Source of the DNA: a virus
Taxonomy: Duplodnaviria; Caudoviricetes
Direction: 5' to 3' (one strand)
DNA length: 64,000 nucleotides
IMG/VR virus record: IMGVR_UViG_2852055501_000011
Location: 20,357-84,356 of that record
The notes beneath the pieces are model-generated. The model was not told the DNA's origin and made no database searches. It saw nothing but the letters and a program-made list of their open reading frames with translations. A program made the translations under genes and the position numbers. Below are positions 18,132 through 28,944 of the stretch, in pieces (the stretch's first letter is position 1; every line of letters begins with the position of its first letter).

Positions 18132-19559
18132 ATGATGCAATTCGCAAAAAACTGTAAAACATCAGCTATTATCTTATGTATGTATATGATACCAATTTTT
18201 ATATTTGGAACATACTACAGAGATGATAACGGAAGAGTTGTATCTCAATATTTTGGATGGGATGAGGACGGTCGCCCGCTGACAAACATCATAATTAAAT
18301 TTTTAAATTTTGGAGGCAGACTTACAGATTTAGCGCCGATGTCGCAAATACTTTCTATCGTAATATCAGCAATAACATGCGGCATCATTTGCTCTTTTGT
18401 CATTAAAAACAATAGATTATCAGTAGTGATATCTACTACATTCCTATTCTTAAGTCCATTTTATTTACAAAATATTATATATAGGTTCGACGTTGTAACA
18501 ATGGCAATATCAATTCTATTTGCCGCCATACCATTTTTATTTATCAAGATACAGAATATATATGCACACATGCTGATATCATTCATATCGGTGATATGTT
18601 TACTATCAACATACCAAGCATCACTTCCGGTTTTTTACTCTCTGCTGCTACTTTCGTTTGTATTTAATGGTGATGTTAAAATAAACATATGCAGAGCATT
18701 ATCTGGCGCGGCATCTTTATTTGTATATTACTTCATAATATCACCAATGTATGTTGGCGGTGAATATGCAAAATACAGAGCAGAATCAATAGATACAAAA
18801 TCAGAAAGTGTCATAAATTCGGTGATACTTAATTTTTCAAATCTATTTGATAATTTGCATGTTATTATAAATTACAAGTTTTTTGTTATATTCTCTATGG
18901 TGCTAGCAGCACTATTAATTAAATCAACATACTATTTAATCAACAACAAAAATAATTTAAAAGGATTTATTTTATTTTCATTTTTCTTATTAGCATTTAT
19001 GTTTTCATTTGGCATATTCTTTTTATTGAAGAAACCAGTCTATGAACCAAGGGTAATGATTGGAATAAATGCCATCATAATGATGATAAGTATTGCAGCG
19101 GTGAGCGGTTGGGATAGAAGGCTGTGCAATGTTTATAGTATTATATCTATCATCCCACCATTATTATTCTTTTTCTCTATGGCAACAAATTATATAAATG
19201 CAAGTAATGCATATGTTAAATATGAAGAAGACACCATCCGCTCGATGTACTATGACTATAAAAGATTAGATATGTCAGGAGTAGCATACATTGATGGTTA
19301 CCTATTACCTCCATACATAACAGAGCAGATCTTAAATGAAAAACCATTTTTGAGGAATATTGTCGGAAGCCGTATTGGTGGTCTAACATCATATCTCAGT
19401 AAATCAGACTTTCCTTTATTTAATTTTTCAGCCAGTGATAAGTCAATCGACAGCATTGTTTCATGTGGTGAAATATTATCACCGTATAATGGCGTATACA
19501 CAACAATCAGGATTGATGATAAAAATTATTTTTCATTAAAGGAAGTAAATTGTAAATAA
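18132..19559 (+). CDS. Serotype-specific O-antigen glucosyltransferase (GtrC/GtrII-like)
   Basis: Low GC, polytopic membrane protein, YYRDD..GW..DGRPL..YQ motifs; third gene of the gtr operon. Confidence 0.85.
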   Translation: MMQFAKNCKTSAIILCMYMIPIFIFGTYYRDDNGRVVSQYFGWDEDGRPLTNIIIKFLNFGGRLTDLAPMSQILSIVISAITCGIICSFVIKNNRLSVVISTTFLFLSPFYLQNIIYRFDVVTMAISILFAAIPFLFIKIQNIYAHMLISFISVICLLSTYQASLPVFYSLLLLSFVFNGDVKINICRALSGAASLFVYYFIISPMYVGGEYAKYRAESIDTKSESVINSVILNFSNLFDNLHVIINYKFFVIFSMVLAALLIKSTYYLINNKNNLKGFILFSFFLLAFMFSFGIFFLLKKPVYEPRVMIGINAIIMMISIAAVSGWDRRLCNVYSIISIIPPLLFFFSMATNYINASNAYVKYEEDTIRSMYYDYKRLDMSGVAYIDGYLLPPYITEQILNEKPFLRNIVGSRIGGLTSYLSKSDFPLFNFSASDKSIDSIVSCGEILSPYNGVYTTIRIDDKNYFSLKEVNCK

Positions 19560-19562
19560 ATA

Positions 19563-19590
19563 AAACCCGCCGCTTTCTATTGGCGGGTTT
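19563..19590. terminator. Bidirectional terminator between gtrC and the tailspike
   Basis: AAAACCCGCC-loop-GGCGGGTTTT. Confidence 0.8.
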
Positions 19591-19599
19591 TGATTTAAC

Positions 19600-21567
19600 T
19601 TACTGCGTACATATTATCTCTATCCCAAACTCACACCCATTAGGCATATCAGATGGCCTGACAAGCTCCTGTGATGAGTTGTTTATTATATAGAAAAATG
19701 CTTTTCCTGATGATGATGGAGACTGATTATAAAACGGTATTAGCGTATATTTAAACCCATTTGACTGGTTATAAGACTGCGTAAATATATATGGAGCCCA
19801 AGAACCAATACCCTTTTCATATTCAACAACTAATGCAAACGAGTCACTTTCGCTAACCATTACCGACTTAATACCCATAGGCAAGTAATATGATCTATTA
19901 ATTATAAATGACCCGTCTTTTTTAAAGATATGACATAACCTCCTTAATCCTACCGCGTTAACTTCTTGAGATGTATTTTTGGGGATGTAGATATTGCTGA
20001 AACCATTAAAATTTATTTCTGACGGTTTTAAATTTGTCTCAATTCTGTTATCTCGCCCATCAGCCCCCTTAACGTCGACAAGGTACTGACCTTGATTTCC
20101 ATAATATGAATAGTCCCAAATGTATGAAGTGATATTATTAGCGCCTGCCCCATCTATCATAAGAGCCCATATACTTGTATCAGTCCATTGCTGAATATAA
20201 TCTATTTCCAAATTTGCTATCTGAGTATAGTACGCGTACTTCCCTGATGTTTTTGGTATGCACTTTAAAACAGGCCCATAGTTCCCTTTTATGACCAAAT
20301 TCTTAAATGTACATGCCGTAATCCAGTTTGTGACAACTTTATATTCAAATGCATCTGTTGGCTCATAAACTTCAATGACGAGAGTATACTCCCCCTCTTC
20401 AAGATTAAGGTTATCAAAATGACACCAACAGATTGAGTTTTGCTTTCTGGCAGGGTCATTGGTTCCATCCATGACGTTATTGCAGCGAATTTTTAGAGCT
20501 GTTCCACTTCTGTCTGAATAATTTGGAATTAGTCTGACACCATCAATATTCAAATTACGAAGATTGTTTTTACCCAATACAAGGGCGACGTTATGATTCC
20601 ATGCTTTCAACGGAGTATCTACTGCAATGCGACCACCGCCTATTTTTTCAGATTTAAAAAATAGGTTATCCGTTTCAAATACAAACATATCATCACGTAA
20701 TGTTCTGTTGATTATCTGAGCGCCAGATTTAAACAGAAAATTCTTTTTGACATTTATTTTTTTGTTACAGTCAAATGAATAGCCAGGAATAACTACTGTC
20801 TTGATTCTGGAAATATCCTGCATTGATACAAGAATGCTGCCAATGTCAGTATCACGTACAGCGCCAACAGTTCTGATATCAACATCCCCGTAGGTTAACA
20901 TAGACGCCGTTAACCCATTGCTCAATGCAATATCAATGATGCCATTGGCTGCAGCGTTGGTTACTGTATACTCAGCCTCCCCACCATCATTGATCGTGTA
21001 ATATCCGCGTGTTTTAACCGTTGCCCCAAGTGGCAGTGATGTTTCCGCTACCATTTCAGCGACATTATCGAAGACGCGAAGGTAGTTTTCAGTCAGGCCA
21101 CCAACAAAGGTGAACCCGTTATCCGCTTTCAAATCAGTTCTCAGGTTAGCTCCGCCGATATCAATCCACGCCCCTTTGCCGATACCACCTGTTGATTCGG
21201 GAGTTGAGCCAGCCGGAACAACCTTAGGCAAATCACCATCCCAGCGATAATATTCACCGGTGGTTTCATCACGCAGAATCTGATTACGCTGGGTGATCTC
21301 ATTGTCTGGCAGTTGCGCACCCTGCTGGAAACTATCAACGGTGATGTAACCAGCTGAAATTATTGCCTGATTCATATCGACTTTGAATCGCAAAACAAGC
21401 TGGTCGAACATCCACTTCATGCCTTCGATAGTCATATGGCAGCGGCCAAACCGGTCTTTATATTCGTGTTCCAGCGATGTCACGAACTCGTCAATTTTGC
21501 CTGAGTTAAATTTCAGGTCGCGCGGTGCTTCACTCGGTACTGCATTTTGAGTAGGGATAGTAGCCAT
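19600..21567 (-). CDS. Tailspike/receptor-binding protein
   Basis: Conserved N-terminus MATIPTQNAVPSEAPRDLKFNSGKIDEFVTS, YYRWDG..PK, KTRGYY..DGG; low-GC beta-helix-like C-terminus. Confidence 0.88.
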   Translation of the reverse strand: MATIPTQNAVPSEAPRDLKFNSGKIDEFVTSLEHEYKDRFGRCHMTIEGMKWMFDQLVLRFKVDMNQAIISAGYITVDSFQQGAQLPDNEITQRNQILRDETTGEYYRWDGDLPKVVPAGSTPESTGGIGKGAWIDIGGANLRTDLKADNGFTFVGGLTENYLRVFDNVAEMVAETSLPLGATVKTRGYYTINDGGEAEYTVTNAAANGIIDIALSNGLTASMLTYGDVDIRTVGAVRDTDIGSILVSMQDISRIKTVVIPGYSFDCNKKINVKKNFLFKSGAQIINRTLRDDMFVFETDNLFFKSEKIGGGRIAVDTPLKAWNHNVALVLGKNNLRNLNIDGVRLIPNYSDRSGTALKIRCNNVMDGTNDPARKQNSICWCHFDNLNLEEGEYTLVIEVYEPTDAFEYKVVTNWITACTFKNLVIKGNYGPVLKCIPKTSGKYAYYTQIANLEIDYIQQWTDTSIWALMIDGAGANNITSYIWDYSYYGNQGQYLVDVKGADGRDNRIETNLKPSEINFNGFSNIYIPKNTSQEVNAVGLRRLCHIFKKDGSFIINRSYYLPMGIKSVMVSESDSFALVVEYEKGIGSWAPYIFTQSYNQSNGFKYTLIPFYNQSPSSSGKAFFYIINNSSQELVRPSDMPNGCEFGIEIICTQ

Positions 21568-21628
21568 GTGCCTTTTCTTCCAATAAAAAAGCCAGCACTG
21601 AGGCTGGCTTGTTGGTTTGAGTGTTATG

Positions 21629-24100
21629 TCAGACGTTATAGTCTGCTTTCGGTGCAAAATACTCGCTTGCGGTGATAGAGAATGTGCCGTCTGCGTCTGG
21701 CTTCTTGTCAGAGACTACCCAGCGCATAGCGTCCATTTCAGTGATGGTTGATATGATGTACCGTGACGGTGACTGAACATTGTGTCCGTCATAGATATTG
21801 AGCTGAATATCAGGGATATCGGCAATAAAGCCTTTATCCGTATCAGTCCGCGCCCGCGCCGGATATTCTCCGGATGAGTTTCCGAGGTGATCGGTGATGC
21901 TCACCACCATGTCACCGGAAAATTCAATACGCTCACTGGTGCTGAACACATTGCCGTTTCTTCCGGTGATGTGCCCGCCCTGCTGGTTACTGTCGTAGCT
22001 GTCTGCCACCAATACCATATCGCCTGGGTACACATAGTCACCGTCTGCCAGTGTTTGCAGGCTGATGCTTGTCCGCTGGCTTACCAGGCGATCCATTTCC
22101 AGCAATGCGCGGTCAATAGCCTGATACTCGTTACGGCATCCGTGCAGGGTGATTTTGTTCGGACTTTTTGCTGCTCCTTTCACCACTGCACCGTTTTCGA
22201 TACGGTACTTCAGATAGGTTTTTTTGTTGGTTCGCGGGTTAACGTATTCAACCTCAACGCCGTCATTCCCGCCCGGCAGCGACATATCGTATGAGATACG
22301 AAAGTTATTGCCGGTGATATTTGACCGGTTAAACACCGCTGCCGGATATTTTCGCTCTTCCTCCCGGGAGAATGTCAGCACGCCGTTGTCAAAGAATGCT
22401 GTCACCCGCGCCACGTTGCAGATTGTCTCGATGCGCTGACCGAGCGATACATCCTCATCATCAAATGTGTAATCGAAGTACCCGAGGCGCTTGTCAGACA
22501 GCCCTGCGTAAATCTCATACAGTCCGTGCAGATCGATAGTGTTCTCCGGCTGCTTGCCGGTAACCAGCCACGTATGCGCCACGGCATCAGCAAATGAGCG
22601 TGACGGCCGTTCTGTGTAATCCACTTTACGGCTGACCATGTCATAACTGATCACATGCCGAGTCACCAGCGCGTTATATTTGCGCTCACGCGAGCTTGTC
22701 GGGTTCTCTGTCGCCCTTACGGTCACACGGACAAGAGTATCGTCATTATGCTTCTCATTGAGCCTGCGGCGGATGATGTGGGCCTTCTCCAGTTTCAGGA
22801 TGCTGTGGTCATTACTGTTTTCCAGTCTGGTTAACTGGAATGCATATCGACCGTACCCACCTTGTGGTGTGAATTTCTCCGTTTTGTAATAGTTTTTTGT
22901 CTTTGGTGCTGCCGGGAATCCACGGTTATATGATTCCCTGGTGCCTGGAATTTCCTCGTTGTCGTCGTTTACCTTCCAGAATTCCATTCTGGCATTCGCG
23001 TAATCATTCTCGCCAAGCTGGGCGTTTATATGGATCCACAGTTGCCCGCCTTCCATTGGTGAGAAGAACGGCCCGACTGTCAAATACTGGTTATCATAGA
23101 GAATGAACTTCGTGGTATTAACAACAGCATTCGGCGGCAGTGCGGCAAGGTCATTACCGGAAAGGCTGGTGAAGAAGAACTCGTAATACTTTTTCGGCAA
23201 CACGATTGATCCGTCATCTGTTTTTTTCGCCTCAGATAGATAAGCATCAACTTTGATGTCTTTTGTCACGTTACCGGTTGGTGTGCTATACGAAACACTC
23301 ACGGTCATGGATACTGAGCGTGGTTTGATGATGTCATAGAAATAATCGAACTCATCTTGCCTGGCAATTTTAATCATCGCCTCGCCGCCCTTTATCTCAC
23401 CGGAAATAACCTCATTCGCCGTTGCCTGATACTGCGGTATTTCATCACTTTCATTTGGTCCCGGCACTTCCTGCCCGTCAACATCGTGAAATTCAAACCC
23501 CTCAAATATCTCAGGGATATTTTCACCGGGCTGAAATATCTGATAACTGGCACCATCCAGTGCGGTTAATTCTGATTCCGAGTATTTCACGTTTTCGATA
23601 TCAAATTTCCCGATACCGAAATTCATCCACTCTGTGACCTTCTTCTTGTTGTCGATGTACTCAAACAGTGATTGCTGAATCAGATCAGGATATGCCCTCA
23701 CCTGTCCGTGAATTTCCGGTCGTGCCTGGTATGTTCTGGCGACATTGGTTTGCCCGGTGAGCCGGTTGTTCGGACTGTCTTTAACGTTAGCGTCTGCTGA
23801 TGTGAATGACGGCGTTTTTGGTGCCAAAAAAGAGAAGACCTTCGACACCAGTTTGAATATCGGGCTTAACAGGTCTCCAATTGCACCGCCTTTCGGCTGG
23901 TCAAATACCTGAATGTGATGAGATTCAGTGACAACAAAATGAAGGCTGTCACCCTCAGTCAGCTGCACACCATTGACCATGATCACAACGTCGCTGCTGA
24001 TGCTCTGTTCTTTCAGCCAGTCAAAAAAAAGAGAGCCGGATTTTACTTCGACTCTCTCTTTTGGCGTTCCCGGCAGGCGCTGAATTTCAATTACCGGCAT
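21629..24100 (-). CDS. Tail tip/host specificity protein (J-like)
   Basis: 823 aa, SPNNRLTGQTNVAR..YPDL; position after NlpC. Confidence 0.82.
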   Translation of the reverse strand: MPVIEIQRLPGTPKERVEVKSGSLFFDWLKEQSISSDVVIMVNGVQLTEGDSLHFVVTESHHIQVFDQPKGGAIGDLLSPIFKLVSKVFSFLAPKTPSFTSADANVKDSPNNRLTGQTNVARTYQARPEIHGQVRAYPDLIQQSLFEYIDNKKKVTEWMNFGIGKFDIENVKYSESELTALDGASYQIFQPGENIPEIFEGFEFHDVDGQEVPGPNESDEIPQYQATANEVISGEIKGGEAMIKIARQDEFDYFYDIIKPRSVSMTVSVSYSTPTGNVTKDIKVDAYLSEAKKTDDGSIVLPKKYYEFFFTSLSGNDLAALPPNAVVNTTKFILYDNQYLTVGPFFSPMEGGQLWIHINAQLGENDYANARMEFWKVNDDNEEIPGTRESYNRGFPAAPKTKNYYKTEKFTPQGGYGRYAFQLTRLENSNDHSILKLEKAHIIRRRLNEKHNDDTLVRVTVRATENPTSSRERKYNALVTRHVISYDMVSRKVDYTERPSRSFADAVAHTWLVTGKQPENTIDLHGLYEIYAGLSDKRLGYFDYTFDDEDVSLGQRIETICNVARVTAFFDNGVLTFSREEERKYPAAVFNRSNITGNNFRISYDMSLPGGNDGVEVEYVNPRTNKKTYLKYRIENGAVVKGAAKSPNKITLHGCRNEYQAIDRALLEMDRLVSQRTSISLQTLADGDYVYPGDMVLVADSYDSNQQGGHITGRNGNVFSTSERIEFSGDMVVSITDHLGNSSGEYPARARTDTDKGFIADIPDIQLNIYDGHNVQSPSRYIISTITEMDAMRWVVSDKKPDADGTFSITASEYFAPKADYNV

Positions 24101-24479
24101 AAGTCATAAACTCCACTTTGCTGTAAATCCGCTGAATGGTCAGCAATCTGTCCAGACGGACGTGTCCGTTATCACCACGGCTGTGCAGAACCATTCCGCC
24201 GAGCACAACGCCGACATGAACCGGCACTGAACCGTCATAGGCCACAAATATCCCGCCACTTACCGGATGTTCTTCCGGCTTCCAGAAATTCACCTCATTT
24301 TGATAACAGGTCATAAAATCACTGTCAGATTCATAACCGCTGTCGTGATGAATTTCAGCACCAACAACGTGCCGGTAATAGAGCGTTACCAGCCCCCAGC
24401 AGTCACACGCAGTAAACGAACATGCCCGGTTAACCCACGGCACCCCGATCATCCTGTCTGTAAATTCGTCTGTCGTCAT
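24087..24479 (-). CDS. NlpC/P60 tail assembly protein
   Basis: DCWGLV and HVGV..LH motifs. Confidence 0.85.
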   Translation of the reverse strand: MTTDEFTDRMIGVPWVNRACSFTACDCWGLVTLYYRHVVGAEIHHDSGYESDSDFMTCYQNEVNFWKPEEHPVSGGIFVAYDGSVPVHVGVVLGGMVLHSRGDNGHVRLDRLLTIQRIYSKVEFMTYAGN

Positions 24480-24946
24480 ACAGCCTCCAGCCCCGGCCAC
24501 TCCTGCGGCTCATAAATGCGTCCGACATTCTTGTTCAGCGGATTGGTCATCGAAAGTGTCATTGATACCGCTTCCGCGTCCAGTGATACATCCTTTGCAA
24601 ACAGCTTCCAGCGCACGATTGCCGTACCTTTGTCCGCTTCATCAAACAGCCGGTAAGTCACCTCGACCGGCACCATCCGTGAATACGACCGCCATGCTTT
24701 CAGCTTCTGCTTAAACTCATGCGCTACACGGCTGAATTTTACGCTTGCGTCGATGATCGGCGTTTTACTTTGCTGACTCTCAGACATCTCAAAGTTACAC
24801 GGCAGGTATTCAATCCCGCCGAGTGTCTTCGGGAAAATCTGGTGAGTAATCAGGTAAATATCGCCGAATGATGGGTGTGACAACTGGAGTGTTTCGTACA
24901 GGATGCGGTTTGGTCGTTGTGCGCGGAACTCACGCAATGTCGGCAT
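24476..24946 (-). CDS. Minor tail protein (DUF1833-like)
   Basis: YETLQLSHPSFG..YEPQEWPGL. Confidence 0.75.
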   Translation of the reverse strand: MPTLREFRAQRPNRILYETLQLSHPSFGDIYLITHQIFPKTLGGIEYLPCNFEMSESQQSKTPIIDASVKFSRVAHEFKQKLKAWRSYSRMVPVEVTYRLFDEADKGTAIVRWKLFAKDVSLDAEAVSMTLSMTNPLNKNVGRIYEPQEWPGLEAV

Positions 24947-25422
24947 TATCCCTCCTTACACCGCGGCAGTGTTTCAGTGACAATAACATCCAGCCAGCTG
25001 CCGAACGGCGGCGGGAACTCAATAATCACATCACCGAATTCATCATCATCGTTATGAAGATTTTTACAGATAACCTGACCGGTCCATGTGACTGACGCGC
25101 CGTTAACGCTGGTCTGCACAGGATATGGCAAGAAATGTAATTCCTGCTCCTGTAATCCGCTGCCGCCGATGTCTATTTTCATCCGGAACCACCGGTTACA
25201 GTTATCCAGATAATCGGGATGGCGCAGCCACTGAGCAAACGCCCGCTCCTGCGCCAGCGTGAATATCCAGGTGACATTCCATACCGTTTTCAGGTCATCG
25301 GTCAGTTTCTGGAATATCGGTGCGCCGACCTGTGGATGATCTGTCATGTAACCGGTGTCGATGGTCATGTTTTTATCTGACTTCTGCGCCAGAGGAAGCC
25401 AGTCAGGATAGTCGATAATCAT
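24946..25422 (-). CDS. Distal/minor tail protein
   Basis: IDYPDWLPLAQK; follows the tape measure gene. Confidence 0.7.
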   Translation of the reverse strand: MIIDYPDWLPLAQKSDKNMTIDTGYMTDHPQVGAPIFQKLTDDLKTVWNVTWIFTLAQERAFAQWLRHPDYLDNCNRWFRMKIDIGGSGLQEQELHFLPYPVQTSVNGASVTWTGQVICKNLHNDDDEFGDVIIEFPPPFGSWLDVIVTETLPRCKEG

Positions 25423-28400
25423 CTCACCCTCGCAGATGCTGTTGTGTTTCGTGTGATGGCGCTATGCATCGGACCTTTGTTGTCCATGTCAGCGATAAAC
25501 ACATCTATGGTCATGCCGTTACTGTCCTGTCTGGCCTGAGCATCAATCCTGCTGCCGCCGGATGAATAGTCATTGATATTCACCGTCACCGGCACCTGTC
25601 CGCCGCCAATATCACGGTTACTGATAACCTTGCCGTTATCACCTGGGATCATGTACTGGTTGCCGTTTGACGCTTTGAATATCTCCGGCTTTCCGCCCTC
25701 ACCAACCCGGTACATTTCACCAGCAGATACAGGGCCACCATCTTTACGCGCTCCGGCAATCGTCAGTGCTTTCATCCCGATACTGGTTGCTGAGCCGGTC
25801 GCCTGTGCCGCAGTATACGCACCGAGACCACTCGCGGATGCCGCTCCCATCGTTGCTATAGATGCCGCAATAGCCGCCGGAGTCCACGCAGCCAAAGCCG
25901 CAGCACCACCGGCAACAGCTGCTGATGCGTTTGCCGCCTGAGTGGCAACGCCCAATGTCTGGCCGAGGATGAAGTTTTTAGCCATCTCCACGCCGACCTG
26001 AACGATAGAGTTGACCACGCTGTTAAGCATGGTATTACCCAGCGACCGCGCAGCGTCACTCCAGCTCATGGTTTGTGTGATCAGGCCGGTGATAGCGTTG
26101 GACGCATTCCCTGAGAGAGAATCAACCGCCGATGTGAGCATGTCATAGCCCAGGCTTTGCTGACTCAGTAACTCCCACTGCGCGGCAAGCTGCTGCTCCT
26201 GATACTGTTTATCCTGTGCAGTTTTCAGCGCCAGATACTGTGCGTCCGTGGCTTGTTTGGCTGCGATATACTGGTCATGGCTGATTTGCCCGTCCTGCTG
26301 CGACTGCTTCAGCAACGCCTGCTCTGCCTGATAGTACGACTCCATCAGAGCCAGCTTCTGAGCATTTTCGTTAGCCAGTGCCTGAATTGGGTCAATTTTC
26401 GCCCGATTCTCAGCGACAATATTCACCTGACCATTTGATGTTTCTTCTGATATTTTGCGCGAATACTCCGCGTGTATCGCCGCCCTACGTTGCTGATATT
26501 GCTCTTCGGTAACCAACTTACCTTTCAGTTGTCGCTCAAGTTGCTCCTGAGCCAGTTTCATATCCTGATCGGCTTTCACCCTAGGATTCTGCTCAAAGGC
26601 ATCTTTCCGGTCTTTTATCTTCTGAGTGAGGTCGTACTCCTTACCGGCAAGTTCAGTTATTTCGGCTATCTGTGCTGCATTAGCCTTTGACCCAAGCTTC
26701 TGCACTGCCTCAAGGATTGCTGCCTCACGGGAAAGCCCTTTAGTTTCCAACTCTGCAACCTTCGTCGCATTAGCCAGGTCAGTTATCTTCTGTTTGAGCT
26801 TTTCGGCTTCTGTGGCTTCTTTTGCTGCTGCGCTGGCTGCTGCTTTCGATGTACGAACTGTTTCCTTTTTGGCATCAGCAAGATCATAACTTCTGGCTGC
26901 TTCATTCTCTATTTGCTGCATTTGAGTCGAGTCAGCCTTAACTCCTGCTTCTTCAGCTTTCTGCTTTGCGGTGGCGATAGCCCTCTGACGATCATCTGTT
27001 ATTGCCAGGAGCTCATTTTGCTTGCGAAGATTTTCCAGTAACTTATCGCCATCCTGACTGCGCTCAACAGTCAATGATGTTGCGTTAAATCTCTGCTTTG
27101 CCCTTGTGGCGTCTTCAAGGTTTAACCCGTACGCTTTAAGGGCCGCGCTGGCATTCGGCAACACAGAGCCGGATTGAGCCTTGAGGAGATCAGCGCCTTG
27201 CAGTAATTCACCGTTGAGCTTCGCCTGCATCAGCCCTGTTGAGTTTAATGTACGCGAATACTCAGTTGTTTTTGTATCTAATTCAGCCTGCTTTATCTTT
27301 ATTTCATTGAGTATTTTGGCTCTGTCACTTTCCGCCCCGGCAAGGCTGTAGTTCCTTTCACCTGCTTTTTTGTACCTCTCATTCAGGCTGTCTATTTCGC
27401 TGCCAAGCTCTTTAATTTCATCTTTTTGAGTAGACATATGCTGGGTGGCTTTCGCTATCATTCCCTCAAGCTGGACGCGGTTCATGCTCTGCATTTTTTC
27501 CGTCAGTCCCTCAAGCTCATCAGCAAACTTTGATGCCTCCTGTCTGGCCTCTTCCGTTTTCTGGAAAAAGTAATAAACCGCAGCACCTGCCAACATGGCG
27601 GCACCTGCCGGTCCACCTATCGGTGCAAGCAACCAGTTCATGGCTTTCAGTGCATTAGCCATCGTCAAACCAGTAGCGGCCACCCTAGCCTGAGATGCGC
27701 TCAGTGTATTGTTAGCCTGCGCTGCAATGATGGCTGCATTGCTGTACGCCGTTTTCAACCTTGTAACGTTAGCCAGCGCTGTGGCCTCTGCCGCCGACCC
27801 TCTGGCGACCTGATATTCTGCCCTGGCAAGATTTAGCGCTGACATTGCCGCGTCTCTGTCTGCCACTGTTTTTCTAACAAGCACAGCTGCCGCGTCACGT
27901 TCAGCTACTGCCGCCTGTCTTGATGCGGACGCACTAGCCATTGTGTCGCGAGCTTTTTTAACTTGCGCAGCACCAGCCAGAGCCAGTGCACCGGCGTACC
28001 TTGAACCAATAACCCCGGCGGCAATAACCAGAATATTTGTCAGGTAATCAAGGTTTTCACTTACCATCACCACTGAGTCATTAAACCCGCCGATGAACGA
28101 CTGAACAGTCGATGAGTTACCGAAAAACTTAGTGATGTTATTACCAGCCTCCTGTAATGCCTGAGACATGGTCTGAGTAGTTTTCGAAAATTCCTCGCCA
28201 ATGGCTGCGCCCTGCGACAAAAGTCCGTTAACTACCACGTCAGTGGTCAGCTTTCCTTCTGCGGCCATTGCGCGTAACTGACCGATGCTGACCCCCATTG
28301 AATCAGCTAGAGCGACCATCAACCGACTTCCCTGTTCAGAAACTGAGTTAAATTCCTCACCGCGCAGAACGCCGGAAGCAATACCCTGCGATAACTGAAT

Positions 28401-28880
28401 GATGGCATTTTCAGCTTCCTGAGCGGTGGCGCCGGAAACAATGAAGCCCTGGTTAATAATGGTTGTCAGTTTCGCCAGATCTTCCGCTGATGTGTTGTAC
28501 TGTCGTGTTCCGCGCTCAAGTCGGGCGTACAATGTCGCTGTGGCGTCAAGACTTGACCGGGTGTCCTGAGAGATATTGAATACACGTTCAGTCACTTCAA
28601 CTAACGATTCGCTGGCACGGACAGAGTTCGATAGCTTGTTGTTGAGAACCGTCCAGGCTTCGGCGTAGCTGGCAACAGCAGAAGCAGATAAATACGCAGT
28701 CAGTGACGCAGCAACCCGCGACAGTGAGGCCATTGACCGCTCTGTGCCATTGACGGCGGTCGTTGTGCGGTTAAATCCGCCCTCCATATTCCGTAGCCGC
28801 TGATCCAGTTGACGCTGAGATGTCAGCAACTGCGCAACATCCATCTGCACCTGATATACGATTTCGCCTACTTGTGACAT
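25419..28880 (-). CDS. Tail tape measure protein
   Basis: 1153 aa, Ala-rich, QLSQGIASGVLRGEEFNSV motif. Confidence 0.95.
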   Translation of the reverse strand: MSQVGEIVYQVQMDVAQLLTSQRQLDQRLRNMEGGFNRTTTAVNGTERSMASLSRVAASLTAYLSASAVASYAEAWTVLNNKLSNSVRASESLVEVTERVFNISQDTRSSLDATATLYARLERGTRQYNTSAEDLAKLTTIINQGFIVSGATAQEAENAIIQLSQGIASGVLRGEEFNSVSEQGSRLMVALADSMGVSIGQLRAMAAEGKLTTDVVVNGLLSQGAAIGEEFSKTTQTMSQALQEAGNNITKFFGNSSTVQSFIGGFNDSVVMVSENLDYLTNILVIAAGVIGSRYAGALALAGAAQVKKARDTMASASASRQAAVAERDAAAVLVRKTVADRDAAMSALNLARAEYQVARGSAAEATALANVTRLKTAYSNAAIIAAQANNTLSASQARVAATGLTMANALKAMNWLLAPIGGPAGAAMLAGAAVYYFFQKTEEARQEASKFADELEGLTEKMQSMNRVQLEGMIAKATQHMSTQKDEIKELGSEIDSLNERYKKAGERNYSLAGAESDRAKILNEIKIKQAELDTKTTEYSRTLNSTGLMQAKLNGELLQGADLLKAQSGSVLPNASAALKAYGLNLEDATRAKQRFNATSLTVERSQDGDKLLENLRKQNELLAITDDRQRAIATAKQKAEEAGVKADSTQMQQIENEAARSYDLADAKKETVRTSKAAASAAAKEATEAEKLKQKITDLANATKVAELETKGLSREAAILEAVQKLGSKANAAQIAEITELAGKEYDLTQKIKDRKDAFEQNPRVKADQDMKLAQEQLERQLKGKLVTEEQYQQRRAAIHAEYSRKISEETSNGQVNIVAENRAKIDPIQALANENAQKLALMESYYQAEQALLKQSQQDGQISHDQYIAAKQATDAQYLALKTAQDKQYQEQQLAAQWELLSQQSLGYDMLTSAVDSLSGNASNAITGLITQTMSWSDAARSLGNTMLNSVVNSIVQVGVEMAKNFILGQTLGVATQAANASAAVAGGAAALAAWTPAAIAASIATMGAASASGLGAYTAAQATGSATSIGMKALTIAGARKDGGPVSAGEMYRVGEGGKPEIFKASNGNQYMIPGDNGKVISNRDIGGGQVPVTVNINDYSSGGSRIDAQARQDSNGMTIDVFIADMDNKGPMHSAITRNTTASARVR

Positions 28881-28944
28881 TTACCGGCTCCTTAAAATGA
28901 AAAACCCCGCCGATTGGCAGGGTTTGGGTTATTATGTGTAACAA

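Noticed and set aside
19600-21567. Diversity-generating retroelement or invertible tail-fibre cassette
   Set aside because: No reverse transcriptase, invertase, template repeat or flanking inverted repeats seen
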